From Candidatus Eiseniibacteriota bacterium (GTDB taxonomy: Bacteria; Eisenbacteria; RBG-16-71-46): a stretch of DNA of 64,000 bases. Shown here in pieces: positions 38,426-48,182 of this stretch (positions are counted from its first letter, which is position 1; every line of letters starts with the position of its first letter). The notes beneath the pieces are model-generated. The model did no database searches and was not told the DNA's origin. It worked only from the letters and a program-made list of their open reading frames with translations. A program made the position numbers and the translations under genes. The stretch lies in contig OY970342.1 in NCBI GenBank assembly GCA_963717505.1, positions 3,424,001 through 3,488,000 of the forward strand, written 5' to 3'.

Positions 38426-39814
38426 TTGATGACCCGACTCAAGGCAATGGTGGTCGAGGACGATCCGGACTTCCGCGAAAGCCTGGCGGCGTTGATCGAG
38501 CGCGAGAACTTCGACGTTGCTCAATGCTCGTCGTTTCGGGAAGCGCTCCAGCACTTGATCGACCACGGTCCCGACGTCGCGGTGATCGACCTGGTCCTGC
38601 CCGACGGCGACGGCCTCGACCTGATGCGCGACGACCGCGTCCCGACCCAGTGCGAGTTCGTGGTCATCACCGGCAACGCGACGGTCGACTCGGCGGTCGA
38701 CGCGCTCCGCGTCGGCGCGATCGACTACCTGACCAAACCCATCGACCGCGCACGCCTCAAGACCATCTTGGCCAACGTCGCGCGGACCCGCGAGCTGAAG
38801 CAGCAGGTCGAGAGTCTGCGCGACGAGCTGCGGGAAATGGGTCGCTTTGGTCCGTTGGTCGGACGATCCGAGGCGATGCAGCCGGTCTACGATCTGCTGA
38901 GTCGGGTGGCCCCGACCCGCGCGAGCGTGTTGCTCACCGGCGAGAGCGGAACCGGGAAGGAGCTGGCCGCCGAGACCATCCATCGCCTGAGTCGCCGCAG
39001 CGCCGGACCGTTCCTCGCGGTCAATTGCGGCGCCATCACCCAGACCTTGATCGACAGCGAGCTGTTCGGTCATGAAAAGGGGAGCTTCACCGGCGCCGAC
39101 AAGAGCCGCCAGGGCTACTTCGAGCACGCGCAGGGAGGGACGTTGTTCCTCGACGAGGTCACCGAGATGCCCCTCGAGTCCCAGGTCAAACTCCTGCGGG
39201 TGCTGGAAACGTCCAAGCTGATGCGCGTGGGCGGCTCGGAGGCCCTGGACGTCGACGTGCGCGTGATCGCCGCGACCAACCGCGATCCGCTCCAGGCGAT
39301 CGCCGACGGCAAGCTGCGTGAAGATCTCTACTATCGCCTGAACGTATTCCCGATCGCGCTGCCCCCGCTGCGCGGGCGCTCGCGGGACGTCGACTTGCTG
39401 GCCGAGCATTTTCTCGATCAGCACAACGCCCGCGAGAAGACGCGCAAGCGGCTGTCGCCCGAGGCCAGCAAGCGGCTACGCAGCTACTCCTGGCCAGGCA
39501 ACGTCCGCGAGCTGAAGAACGCCATCGAACGGGCGGCGATCCTGGCCGACGAGACGATCGAGCCCGAGCTGCTCCCGGAGCCGGGAGCACCGGCCCCGAC
39601 CGCGACCGGTTCCGACACCGGCGCCGTGCTCCAGCTCCGGGTCGGCGCTTCCCTCGAGGAACTCGAGCGACGGCTGATTCTCGCCACCCTGGAGGATCTG
39701 GGCGGCGACAAGCGACGCGCGGCCGACCTCCTGGGCATCAGCCTCAAGACGCTCTACAACCGCCTCAATCTCTACGAGGCAGCGCGTCAGGCCGACGCAG
39801 CGCCGACCGACTAG
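38426..39814 (+). CDS. sigma54-dependent response regulator (NtrC/AtoC family)
   Basis: REC domain; GESGTGKE, GSFTGA, FLDE, WPGNVREL; Fis-type HTH. Confidence 0.95.
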   Translation: MMTRLKAMVVEDDPDFRESLAALIERENFDVAQCSSFREALQHLIDHGPDVAVIDLVLPDGDGLDLMRDDRVPTQCEFVVITGNATVDSAVDALRVGAIDYLTKPIDRARLKTILANVARTRELKQQVESLRDELREMGRFGPLVGRSEAMQPVYDLLSRVAPTRASVLLTGESGTGKELAAETIHRLSRRSAGPFLAVNCGAITQTLIDSELFGHEKGSFTGADKSRQGYFEHAQGGTLFLDEVTEMPLESQVKLLRVLETSKLMRVGGSEALDVDVRVIAATNRDPLQAIADGKLREDLYYRLNVFPIALPPLRGRSRDVDLLAEHFLDQHNAREKTRKRLSPEASKRLRSYSWPGNVRELKNAIERAAILADETIEPELLPEPGAPAPTATGSDTGAVLQLRVGASLEELERRLILATLEDLGGDKRRAADLLGISLKTLYNRLNLYEAARQADAAPTD

Positions 39815-39924
39815 AGAGCCCGGCGCCCGCGACGGTGGGCCGCGGGCCTCCGGTGGCGACGCACGCTTTGGCGAGGAACCACCCCGCGTAGGGCGTGGCG
39901 ACGTCAATCCGACCGGGCTGCGCC

Positions 39925-40500
39925 TTAGAACTTGATGGCCATTCCCAGAGCCATGGTCCAGAAGTCGGGGTCGAACTGTTCCGGCAGCAGCGGATCATCT
40001 TCCTGCTCCCGCAACATCACGTAGCGCCCATTCAGGTCGAGCGCCGCATTGGTGTTCACCGGGACGCGAACGCCGCCGCCGAGGTGCAGGCCGAACTCCT
40101 GTTCGGTGCGATTCTCGAGCGGTGGCGTCAGATTGTCGTCGAAGTCGAACGACATGTTGTACCAGCCGACGCCACCGCCGGCGTACAGCGCCGGGACCGG
40201 CGTCAACCACAGCGATGCCGTCACCGGCCACATACGAACTTCAGCCGCGCCGGCGGCGATGGTTTCACTTCGATAGGCGACTCCGAGCTCGGTCGACAAC
40301 AAGGGCAGCAGCTGCCCGCGCACCGACAGACTGCCGAACGCCTGCGTTTCCTCGCCGTTTACGGACCGAGTCAGGCCCGCAGCCGGAATGATCTCCGCGG
40401 CGTTCGCGATCGAGAGTCCCGCCACCAGCGCGACCAGAAACAGCGCGCCGGCCACTGCCAAACGCGGCACGAGGCCGAGGCCACGATGATGAGCATGCAT
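39925..40500 (-). CDS. small outer membrane beta-barrel protein
   Basis: AAGGAGG RBS, signal peptide, YAGGGVGWY, FGLHLGGG, C-terminal IKF. Confidence 0.78.
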   Translation of the reverse strand: MHAHHRGLGLVPRLAVAGALFLVALVAGLSIANAAEIIPAAGLTRSVNGEETQAFGSLSVRGQLLPLLSTELGVAYRSETIAAGAAEVRMWPVTASLWLTPVPALYAGGGVGWYNMSFDFDDNLTPPLENRTEQEFGLHLGGGVRVPVNTNAALDLNGRYVMLREQEDDPLLPEQFDPDFWTMALGMAIKF

Positions 40501-40616
40501 GGAATTCCTCCTTTCGCCGATCGGCCGGTTTCGAACCCCGGAAGCTCCGAGTCTCCGAAACCTGCCGCGCGTGGACGCTGCCATGGGGAGCGCTGCGGCC
40601 ACGAGCGCGACCGCCG

Positions 40617-40632
40617 TGCAAGGCATGTGCCG
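40617..40632 (-). promoter_or_regulatory. sigma54 promoter (leftward)
   Basis: CGGCACATGCCTTGCA (GG-N10-GC, TTGCA). Confidence 0.6.
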
Positions 40633-40758
40633 CCGGGGAGCGCCCGCATCTCGATCGCATCGCCACTGCTTCGGAAACCGCGCGCCGCGAACGCGTTCGG
40701 CCTCGTGCGTGACATTTCCATGAGTCGCGCTCGCGACCTCGGGGCGGCGGCGCGAGCC

Positions 40759-40791
40759 TGTAGTCCTTACAAGCTCGCGGCAACCGTTACA
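40759..40791. promoter_or_regulatory. putative enhancer (bEBP UAS), tandem site
   Basis: TGTA-GTCCT-TACA plus GGCA-ACCGT-TACA 20 bp later, between divergent sigma54 promoters. Confidence 0.55.
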
Positions 40792-40844
40792 TCGCGGTCG
40801 GCTGCCTTCGCGATGGAAGTTCTTTGTTTTCAGGCGTCCACGCG

Positions 40845-40860
40845 TGGCACGCGACCTGCT
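40845..40860 (+). promoter_or_regulatory. sigma54 promoter (rightward)
   Basis: TGGCACGCGACCTGCT (GG-N10-GC). Confidence 0.7.
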
Positions 40861-40929
40861 AAATGCCGGTCGGCGGGGCAAGACGCCACGCGCCTCTTCC
40901 ACGGATCTCACTCACTACGGAGGTTCATC

Positions 40930-41079
40930 ATGTTGTGGGCCCTGTTCGTGATTCTCATGGCGATGTGGCTGCTGGGCATGGTGACGTCGTACACCATGGG
41001 CGGGTTCATTCATCTCCTGCTCATCCTGGCGATCGCTGCGATGCTGATTCGGATCATCCAGGGCCGGCGGCCGGCCTAG
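40930..41079 (+). CDS. lmo0937-family small membrane protein
   Basis: MLWALFVIL..WLLG..SYTMGGFIHLLL..IIQGRR; GGAGG RBS. Confidence 0.88.
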   Translation: MLWALFVILMAMWLLGMVTSYTMGGFIHLLLILAIAAMLIRIIQGRRPA

Positions 41080-41109
41080 TCCCGTGAACAACGGCAGGGG
41101 AGGCGGACG

Positions 41110-41523
41110 ATGACGATGCTCCTGAGTCTGTGCGCGGTGGTGGTCACCCTGGCCGTGGTGGCCATCGCGATCGCGACCATCCGCGCCGTGCGTCACCTCG
41201 AAGCAACGGCGAGCGAGTTCAAGACGACGTCGGAAGCCGTACGCGTCTCGGTGCGCGAGGCCGGTGCGGTCTTGCGTCAGCTCCAGGAGTTCTCCGGCGA
41301 ACTGGAGACACTGGTGCCGCCCCTGAAACGGGCCTCGGCTCGCGTCGAGCAGGTCGGCGACCGGGCCGTGCGTCTCTCCAACGTCATCCTGAACGAAGTC
41401 GAAGGGCCGATTCGCAACACGCTGGCCCTGATCACGGGAGTGCGCACCGGGGCGCGGTCGCTGATCGAGGCACTCGCCCGTCGCTCGGGGTCACCATCCA
41501 ACGGAGGATACGGTCATGAATGA
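41110..41523 (+). CDS. DUF948/YoxC-like membrane-anchored coiled-coil protein
   Basis: N-terminal TM, helical body, immediately upstream of a YtxH gene. Confidence 0.6.
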   Translation: MTMLLSLCAVVVTLAVVAIAIATIRAVRHLEATASEFKTTSEAVRVSVREAGAVLRQLQEFSGELETLVPPLKRASARVEQVGDRAVRLSNVILNEVEGPIRNTLALITGVRTGARSLIEALARRSGSPSNGGYGHE

Positions 41524-41845
41524 ACACACAAACGACAACGGGCGCGGGACAGGCGCGATGATGGGATTCCTGCTTGGCGCCGCCGTGGGTGCGGGCGTGG
41601 CGCTCTTGATGGCGCCGGCTTCCGGCCCCGAGACGCGACGACGCCTCGGTCAGACGGCCCGCCGCTGGGGCGCCGGCATGCGCGACGGAATCGGCCAGGC
41701 GCGAGAACATTTCGGTGAACTGAAGAGTGAAGTGCACGGACGAATCGGCGAACTGCGGCACGACGTGAATACCGCCGTTGCCGCCGGTCGCGAAGCCTTC
41801 ACGCGGGAACGTGATGGTCGAGCGAATCCGACGACACAGCCTTAG
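41516..41845 (+). CDS. YtxH-domain protein
   Basis: GFLLGAAVGAGVALLMAPASGPETRRRL. Confidence 0.88.
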   Translation: MNEHTNDNGRGTGAMMGFLLGAAVGAGVALLMAPASGPETRRRLGQTARRWGAGMRDGIGQAREHFGELKSEVHGRIGELRHDVNTAVAAGREAFTRERDGRANPTTQP

Positions 41846-41887
41846 CCGCGATCGGTGCTGCCGGGTCGATCGTGGATCGGAGGAACG

Positions 41888-42103
41888 ATGAAAGCGATCA
41901 GTGTGTTCTTGATTGTGCTGGGCATCATCGGCCTTGCCTACGGCGGCGTCGTCTACACGCAGCGAGAGAAGGTGATCGACGCCGGGCCGTTCCAGGCCAG
42001 CGTCGACCGGGAGAAACGAATTCCCTTGCCGCCGGCGGCGGGAGCCGTCGCCTTGGTCGCGGGCTTGATTCTGCTCACCCGTCGGACCCGGACCTCGTGG
42101 TGA
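41888..42103 (+). CDS. small membrane protein (DUF3185-like)
   Basis: LIVLGIIGLAYGG..YT.REKVIDAGP...IPLPP..G. Confidence 0.75.
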   Translation: MKAISVFLIVLGIIGLAYGGVVYTQREKVIDAGPFQASVDREKRIPLPPAAGAVALVAGLILLTRRTRTSW

Positions 42104-42107
42104 CGTC

Positions 42108-43775
42108 ATGGCCGTCGGTCACGCTCCGGTCGTAAGGGCTCCGCGGAAGTCGGGGCCCCGTTTCATGGAAAAGGCTGAAGACTGCGCGACGGACGTCGGG
42201 TCAGCCCGGACGTCCGTTCGCGCGCTTGTCTTCGCCAACCCGGTCGCGCCGAACGCCGAGATGGAGCGACTGCGGGCTGCGCTCGACGCCCACGTCGGAG
42301 TCGGCTCCTACCGACTCGTCGAGACGGCGCGCGGACCGGAGTTCGCCGCCGAGGCCGAGTGCGAACTGATCGAAGCCGCCAGCGGCGGCTGCGAGCTGGT
42401 GCTGGCCGCGGGCGGCGATGGCACCATTTCGATGGTTGCGGAAATCCTCTATCGATTGGGCGACCCGGTGGCGAGCATGGTGCTGGGGATCGTTCCCTGC
42501 GGGACTGCGAACATCCTGGCGCAGGAGCTGGAGATCCCGTCGGCGATCGAAGACGCGGTGGCGCTCGCCGTCACCCGTCCGCGGGTGGTGCCGCTCGACG
42601 GCATCGCGGTCGGGGAACGTCTTTGCCTGACCCAGGTCGGCATCGGCCTCGACGCGACCATGATTCGGGAGACGAGTCGCGAAGCGCAGCAGCGCTACAA
42701 ACGTCTGTCGTACCTGGCGACCCTGGCCCGACGCACCATGGGACACCGGTCGCAGGCGTTTCGCATCCGCATCGACGGCAGACCGTTTCGCATCCGCGCC
42801 TGGCAGGTGCTGGTGGCCAACGCCTCGACGCTCGGCACTCGTCCGTTCGTCTGGGGACCGGACATCGATCCCACCGACGGCGTCGCGGATCTCTGCATCT
42901 TCCAGGTCCAGCACCTGCGCGACCTGTTGAGCTTGATCTGGACGACGCTGACTGGCCGGCTCGAGAGCAACCCAAACGCCCAGTTCCTGCGTGCACGGAA
43001 GGAAGTGCAGGTCGAGTCCAACCGGCGGCTGCCGGTGCAAGGCGATGGCGAATCGCTCGGCTTCACGCCGGTGCGCCTTGTGGTCGCGACCAATGCGGTA
43101 CGGGTCGCGGTTCCCGCGCCCAAGGAGACCGTCGCCACCGAAGGCCCGGTCGTCGCTCCAGCCCTGCCGGGCACGAATGGTGCTCGACCCGCGCTTCCGG
43201 GCCGCGCGATCCGCTCGTTCTGGGCGCAGTGGCGGGCGCGACTCGGCCACGCCGACACCGCCGCCTTCCTGGCGATCAACCGTCTGAGCGGCGGGCCTCG
43301 GATGGATCGTCTACTGGCCTTCGCCTCGCGCATTCTGGACTGGGGAGAGATCTGGGCCTTGCTGGCGCTCGCGATCGCCCTCTACGACCGGAGCCGTTCT
43401 CATGTTCCGCTCATGGTGCTGCCACCGCTCTGGCTCGCGATGCTGACGGTCAACGGTCCGGTCAAGAATGCCTTCCTGCGTCAACGCCCATTCCTGATCC
43501 ACGAGCGTGCGCGCCTGATCGGCCGAACTCCGCTGGACTCGTCGTTCCCCTCGGGTCATACGGCGGCGGCCTTCGCGGGAGCCGCACTGCTCGGCGCGCA
43601 TCTTCCTGCCCTCGCGCCGGTTTTTTGGGCGTATGCGGCGTTGGTCGGGTTCTCGCGCGTCTATCTGGGCGCCCACTTTCCCGCCGACGTAGTGGTCGGT
43701 GGACTGGTCGGGGCGGGACTCGCGATTCTCTACGGTGGGCTCTGGTCGCTCGTCACCCCGTGGATCGTCAAGTGA
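42108..43775 (+). CDS. diacylglycerol-kinase family / PAP2 phosphatase fusion
   Basis: NP, AGGDGT, PCGTAN, QGDGE; K..FLRQRP, SFPSGH, SRVYLGAHFPADV. Confidence 0.85.
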   Translation: MAVGHAPVVRAPRKSGPRFMEKAEDCATDVGSARTSVRALVFANPVAPNAEMERLRAALDAHVGVGSYRLVETARGPEFAAEAECELIEAASGGCELVLAAGGDGTISMVAEILYRLGDPVASMVLGIVPCGTANILAQELEIPSAIEDAVALAVTRPRVVPLDGIAVGERLCLTQVGIGLDATMIRETSREAQQRYKRLSYLATLARRTMGHRSQAFRIRIDGRPFRIRAWQVLVANASTLGTRPFVWGPDIDPTDGVADLCIFQVQHLRDLLSLIWTTLTGRLESNPNAQFLRARKEVQVESNRRLPVQGDGESLGFTPVRLVVATNAVRVAVPAPKETVATEGPVVAPALPGTNGARPALPGRAIRSFWAQWRARLGHADTAAFLAINRLSGGPRMDRLLAFASRILDWGEIWALLALAIALYDRSRSHVPLMVLPPLWLAMLTVNGPVKNAFLRQRPFLIHERARLIGRTPLDSSFPSGHTAAAFAGAALLGAHLPALAPVFWAYAALVGFSRVYLGAHFPADVVVGGLVGAGLAILYGGLWSLVTPWIVK

Positions 43776-43839
43776 AGGAGCAGGGCTCGGCTCCTGCCGA
43801 CGCCGAGCCCGCTGCCCTCGGGGTGCGGCCCCCGGCTTC

Positions 43840-44055
43840 CTAGGCTCCGAACACGATCCTCAGGGTCTCGGCCATGGCCTCTTCCCAGGTCTCCGCTTCC
43901 CACATCGGCAGGTCTGCCGACCAGAATCCGACGCACTTGAGCTCCACGATGTCTTCGCGATTCTCGTGGGTCACCACCACCGCCTGCGCGACCCACGCCG
44001 ACAGCCCGAGTCGGGCCGCAGCCTCTTGTGCTTGCTGAGTCGTCATTTTCGCCAC
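43840..44055 (-). CDS. small hypothetical protein
   Basis: 71 aa ORF with purine-rich RBS; no recognised family. Confidence 0.45.
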   Translation of the reverse strand: MAKMTTQQAQEAAARLGLSAWVAQAVVVTHENREDIVELKCVGFWSADLPMWEAETWEEAMAETLRIVFGA

Positions 44056-44230
44056 CCCTTTCCAGTGCGCTTTCGTTTTCTGCCAACCGTCCTCTTCGTT
44101 TCAAACCGCTTCAATCATGAGAACGACGAAGGGCCAGGAACCGCACATGCAGGGGGGAGACTCGGATCGAGGAGCGCGGGATGCGGGCCAAGATCGGGGG
44201 TCGGCCGAGTACCTGGGAGGACCACGAAAC

Positions 44231-44257
44231 AGGGGAGGGCTCGGTGAGCCCTCCCCT
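44231..44257 (-). terminator. putative intrinsic terminator
   Basis: 12-bp perfect stem AGGGGAGGGCTC/GAGCCCTCCCCT just after the LamG gene stop; short T tract on the minus strand. Confidence 0.55.
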
Positions 44258-44282
44258 CGAATACCGACGGTGAACCGCGGAT

Positions 44283-47200
44283 CTAGCGGGTCATGACCAG
44301 CTTGCGCACCTGACGACCTCCGGGCTTCACGTAAGACACGAAGTAGATCCCCGGAGCCACGGCGCCCCGCTTGGTTCGGCCGTCCCAGGCGACCGAATGG
44401 CGGCCCGGGGCAAACGTGCCCTCGGCGAGGACGTGGACCTCGTGACCGGTCACGTCCAGCACGCTCAACCGCACGTGCGATTCGCTCGCGACCGTGAACT
44501 CGATGGCAGTCCGGTCCTTGACCGGGTTGGGCCAGATTCGACTCAGGGCGAACTCACGGGGCAGTTCTTCGACGGCCGTGGTCTGTCCAAAGACCGCGGT
44601 GATCGTGTGGTCGGCTACGACGTCGGGGAACGTGTAACTCGGGTCGGTGCCGACCCCCTGTCCGTCCACGATGACATTGACGATGATGAATCCGGGATCG
44701 GGGGTGATCGTGTAGGTCTGGTCGTCGCCGCACGCCACGACCGAGCTGCCGGCGGGGGAGATCGTGCCCGAGCCGATCGCCTGAGCCACGATGGTCGACG
44801 CCGTCGCGGTAAAGGTCACGGCGATCGTGTGGTTCTGGTGGACGTTGCTGAACGTGAATGCCGCCACGGCGCCGATCGACGACCCGTCGATCAGCACGTT
44901 CGCGACCCTGTAACAGGCATCGGCCACGATCGTGTACGACTGCGCCCCGCCGCACGCGACGATGGTGTTGCCGGCCGGCGTGATCGATCCGCCGGTGCCG
45001 GCCGAAGCGTCGATCGCGAACGGACCGCTCAGCACGAACGAGGCCGAGATCGTGTGGCTGGCCTGGAGGTTGGTGAAGGTGAAGAAGCCGGCCGGGCCGA
45101 CCGAGAGGCCGTCGACCAGGACGTCAGCGATCGCGTAGCAGGGTTCGGGCGAGATCGTGAACATCTGGTCGGAGCCGCATGCGTACGCCGCGCTGCCGAT
45201 CGGCGTGATCGAGCCGCCGGCGCCGGCGGAGGCCTCGATGGTGAAGCTCAGGAGGCTGAAGGTCGCGGCGATCGTGTGGCTCGCCTGGACGTTGGTGAAT
45301 GTGTAGCCCGAAACCGCCCCGACCGACACACCGTCGACCAGAACGTCGGCGATCACGTAGCAGGGGTTCGGCGTGATGGTGTATGCCTGATCGGCGCCGC
45401 ACGCGACGAGGGTGGGGCCGCTCGGCGTGATCGCGCCACCCGGGCCGGCAGTGGCGGTGATGATGTTGCCCGCTTCGACGAACGACGCGGCGATCGTGTG
45501 CGACTCGCGAACGTTGAGGAAGCCGTACTCGGCCACCGGTCCGACCGAAACGCCATCGACCAGGACGTCGGCGACCGCGAAGCAGGGATCTGCGGTGATC
45601 GTGTAGGCCTGGTTGCCCTGGTGGGGCACGGCGGTGACTCCGGCCGGAGCGATCGCGCCATGGTCGCCCGCAGTGGCGGTGATGTCGTGCGTGATCGCAA
45701 CATTGAACGGGGCGCACGCCGTCCGGTCCCAGTTGCTGACCGGGGTCCCGGCGATCGCGCCGTGGATACCGGTGCCGGCGGTGCCGTATGCGATGGCGCC
45801 TGCAGCCTCGTTGAGCGCCCAGCGGCCGACCAGTCCGGCCTGAGCCGAGGCGATCTGGCTGTTGATCTCGTCCTGAACCTGCGACTGGGTCCGCGCGTAG
45901 TTCCAGATCCGCACTTCGTCGATCGCGCCGTCGAAGAACCCGTCTGCCGCGGACGCCGAATTGAGGGCACTCGCCAGCGCCACCGGCAATGTGCTCGAAG
46001 AGGACAGCGGCTGGCCCACGGCGAGCGAGGCCTCGAGCGCGCCGTCCAGGTAGAGCTTCCAGGTCGATCCGTCGTAGGTCGCCGCCACGTGATGCCAGGT
46101 GCCGAGGCCGACCGGCGTGGTTCCGGCGACCGGGTGATTCAGGCTCGGCGTCGCACCACTCGCGCCTTCCTCGAAGTCAGCGGCGAGCACGCCGTCGGCG
46201 GCGCGGATGCCCAGGATGTAGTTGACGTCGAGTGCTTCGCTCTCCGACTCGTCGCGGCCCTTGGCGATCAACGGGACCAGATCGGCAATGCCGCCGGTCG
46301 CGGTTCCGGTGCCGGCACCGTCGCGCCGCATCCACAGCTCGAGGGTCATCGCCGAGAGCCGAAGCGCTGCCGGATTGCCGAACGACACGAAGCCTTCGCT
46401 ACCTGCCCCGTCGGGATCGAACGACAACGCCTGACACGGTTCGGCGGTGGTCGTGGCGCAGGCGACGCCCGAATACGGCGAGGGCCCGCAGTCGCCCGTA
46501 GCGCGCACTCGATAGCAGTACTCGGTCGACGCCGCGAGCGGAGCGTCGGTGTAGGCGGTCGCATCGACGCCGAGCGTGGCGATCACGGCGAACGGGCCCG
46601 AGGTGCCGCTGGTCGAGCGCTCGACCGCGTAACCGGTCTCGTTCGACGCGACATCGGTCCAAGCGAGCTGGACCTGAACGCCGTCCGGAGCCGAAGCGGT
46701 CAGACCGGTGGGAGCCGCGGGAGCCGATGAAGCAATCGCATCGAACGGCGATCCCGAGACCCAGGTGGGGCCGTTCATCAGGATTCCGTGCGGAACCCCG
46801 AGCGAGTTGTCGACCGTGAGACCGTCGCCTTCACTCATGCCCCAGCGACCCAGGAGTCCGGCGCCGCTGCTCAGTTCCTGGTTCATTCCGGCGGTGATCT
46901 CGCACTCGGAGTGGGCAACATTCCAGATGCGGGCTTCGTCGAGCACGCCGTGGAACAGGCCCTGAACCTCGCCGCTCGGCGTGACCCCATTCGAAGCCAG
47001 TGCGGTTCCGAGCGAGGCGTGCTGAATGCTGGATGACTGTGGCAGCCGGCCCGTGCCCAGATCGAGCGAACTCTCCAGCGCGCCGTTCAGGTAGACCTTG
47101 AGCGTGGTGCCGTCGAACGTCGCGGCCGCGTGATACCACACGTTGTCCGCGATGACCGTGGTGCCCCACAGCGGATGGTTCTGCCCCGGCGTGGTCTGGC

Positions 47201-48182
47201 CGGTGCCTTCCTCGAAATCGACACCGATCACCGGCCCGGCGAACGGCCGGATGCCGAGGATGTAGTTCATGTCGACCGTCGAGCCGTCGTTCTCGGCGAT
47301 ACCCTTGGCCATCAGTGGAACGATGTTCATGCCGCCGGCTCCGGTGTTGGTCGAGGTCCCGGGCCCGGTGCGCTTGAACCAGGTTTCGATCGTGAAGTTG
47401 GTGGCGCCGAGCGCGGGCGCCTGACCGAAGGTCACGTAGTCGTCGACGCCATCGAAGGAGAGTCCGGTCGCGAGCCCACCGGCGACCGGCTCGGCGATCG
47501 CGACGTTGTCGACCGCGAAGCTCGGACGCGCGCCCGCGCCGCTCACCTGGCGCTGGGCCCACCGCAACTGGACCACCGGCTGGCCGTCGCAGACCGCGGG
47601 CAGTGTGACGGACCGGTACTCGAGCTCTTGCGGCGTGACGGTGTTCCCGATCTGGATCGTCGTGCCGTTCTGGTATCCGGTGCCCGCCAGCGTCGTCCAT
47701 GATCCGGCAGTCCCGACCCGATACTGGAGCGCAATCTCGTTGATGCGCGTATTCGCTCCGCCGTTGTACGGGTTGCGCAGCGTCATCACCTCGTAGCGGA
47801 CGACGACGCCGGAAGCTCCGCTGGTGTTGATCGCGAGCCCGAGTCCAAAGTCGAGGGTGCCGCTGTTCAGCGGCCCGAACTTGCCGTTGTAGTTGTAGAT
47901 CGCCCCGGTGCCGATCGCGGCGGTGCCCGACGCGACCAGGGCCTGGTCGGCCGTCGGTCCGGTGGTCAGGAACGCGGCCCCGACCGTCCCGTTGGTCCAT
48001 CCCTGCCAGCCGGGCGGGAACGTGGAGGCGGCATGCGGGAGGGACTTGAAGTCCTGGGCGTACGGCAAAGCCTGTGGAGTCGGCTGGGTTTGGGCTTGGC
48101 CGATGGCCGGGTAGACGAAGAGACAAATCGCAATCGCGACCGGAATGGCCGCGCCGCGCAGTACGGCGGTTGCTGCCTTCAT
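44283..48182 (-). CDS. large secreted surface protein: 2 LamG-like, FN3, 5 InlB-B/bacterial repeats, FlgD/CTD-like tail
   Basis: Signal peptide; WYHAAATFDG..G.LDE.RIWN twice; YCYRVRA; IT.AG.GG.I.P.G..HTI.A.F repeats; WPNP..WDGR..PGIYF. Confidence 0.85.
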   Translation of the reverse strand: MKAATAVLRGAAIPVAIAICLFVYPAIGQAQTQPTPQALPYAQDFKSLPHAASTFPPGWQGWTNGTVGAAFLTTGPTADQALVASGTAAIGTGAIYNYNGKFGPLNSGTLDFGLGLAINTSGASGVVVRYEVMTLRNPYNGGANTRINEIALQYRVGTAGSWTTLAGTGYQNGTTIQIGNTVTPQELEYRSVTLPAVCDGQPVVQLRWAQRQVSGAGARPSFAVDNVAIAEPVAGGLATGLSFDGVDDYVTFGQAPALGATNFTIETWFKRTGPGTSTNTGAGGMNIVPLMAKGIAENDGSTVDMNYILGIRPFAGPVIGVDFEEGTGQTTPGQNHPLWGTTVIADNVWYHAAATFDGTTLKVYLNGALESSLDLGTGRLPQSSSIQHASLGTALASNGVTPSGEVQGLFHGVLDEARIWNVAHSECEITAGMNQELSSGAGLLGRWGMSEGDGLTVDNSLGVPHGILMNGPTWVSGSPFDAIASSAPAAPTGLTASAPDGVQVQLAWTDVASNETGYAVERSTSGTSGPFAVIATLGVDATAYTDAPLAASTEYCYRVRATGDCGPSPYSGVACATTTAEPCQALSFDPDGAGSEGFVSFGNPAALRLSAMTLELWMRRDGAGTGTATGGIADLVPLIAKGRDESESEALDVNYILGIRAADGVLAADFEEGASGATPSLNHPVAGTTPVGLGTWHHVAATYDGSTWKLYLDGALEASLAVGQPLSSSSTLPVALASALNSASAADGFFDGAIDEVRIWNYARTQSQVQDEINSQIASAQAGLVGRWALNEAAGAIAYGTAGTGIHGAIAGTPVSNWDRTACAPFNVAITHDITATAGDHGAIAPAGVTAVPHQGNQAYTITADPCFAVADVLVDGVSVGPVAEYGFLNVRESHTIAASFVEAGNIITATAGPGGAITPSGPTLVACGADQAYTITPNPCYVIADVLVDGVSVGAVSGYTFTNVQASHTIAATFSLLSFTIEASAGAGGSITPIGSAAYACGSDQMFTISPEPCYAIADVLVDGLSVGPAGFFTFTNLQASHTISASFVLSGPFAIDASAGTGGSITPAGNTIVACGGAQSYTIVADACYRVANVLIDGSSIGAVAAFTFSNVHQNHTIAVTFTATASTIVAQAIGSGTISPAGSSVVACGDDQTYTITPDPGFIIVNVIVDGQGVGTDPSYTFPDVVADHTITAVFGQTTAVEELPREFALSRIWPNPVKDRTAIEFTVASESHVRLSVLDVTGHEVHVLAEGTFAPGRHSVAWDGRTKRGAVAPGIYFVSYVKPGGRQVRKLVMTR

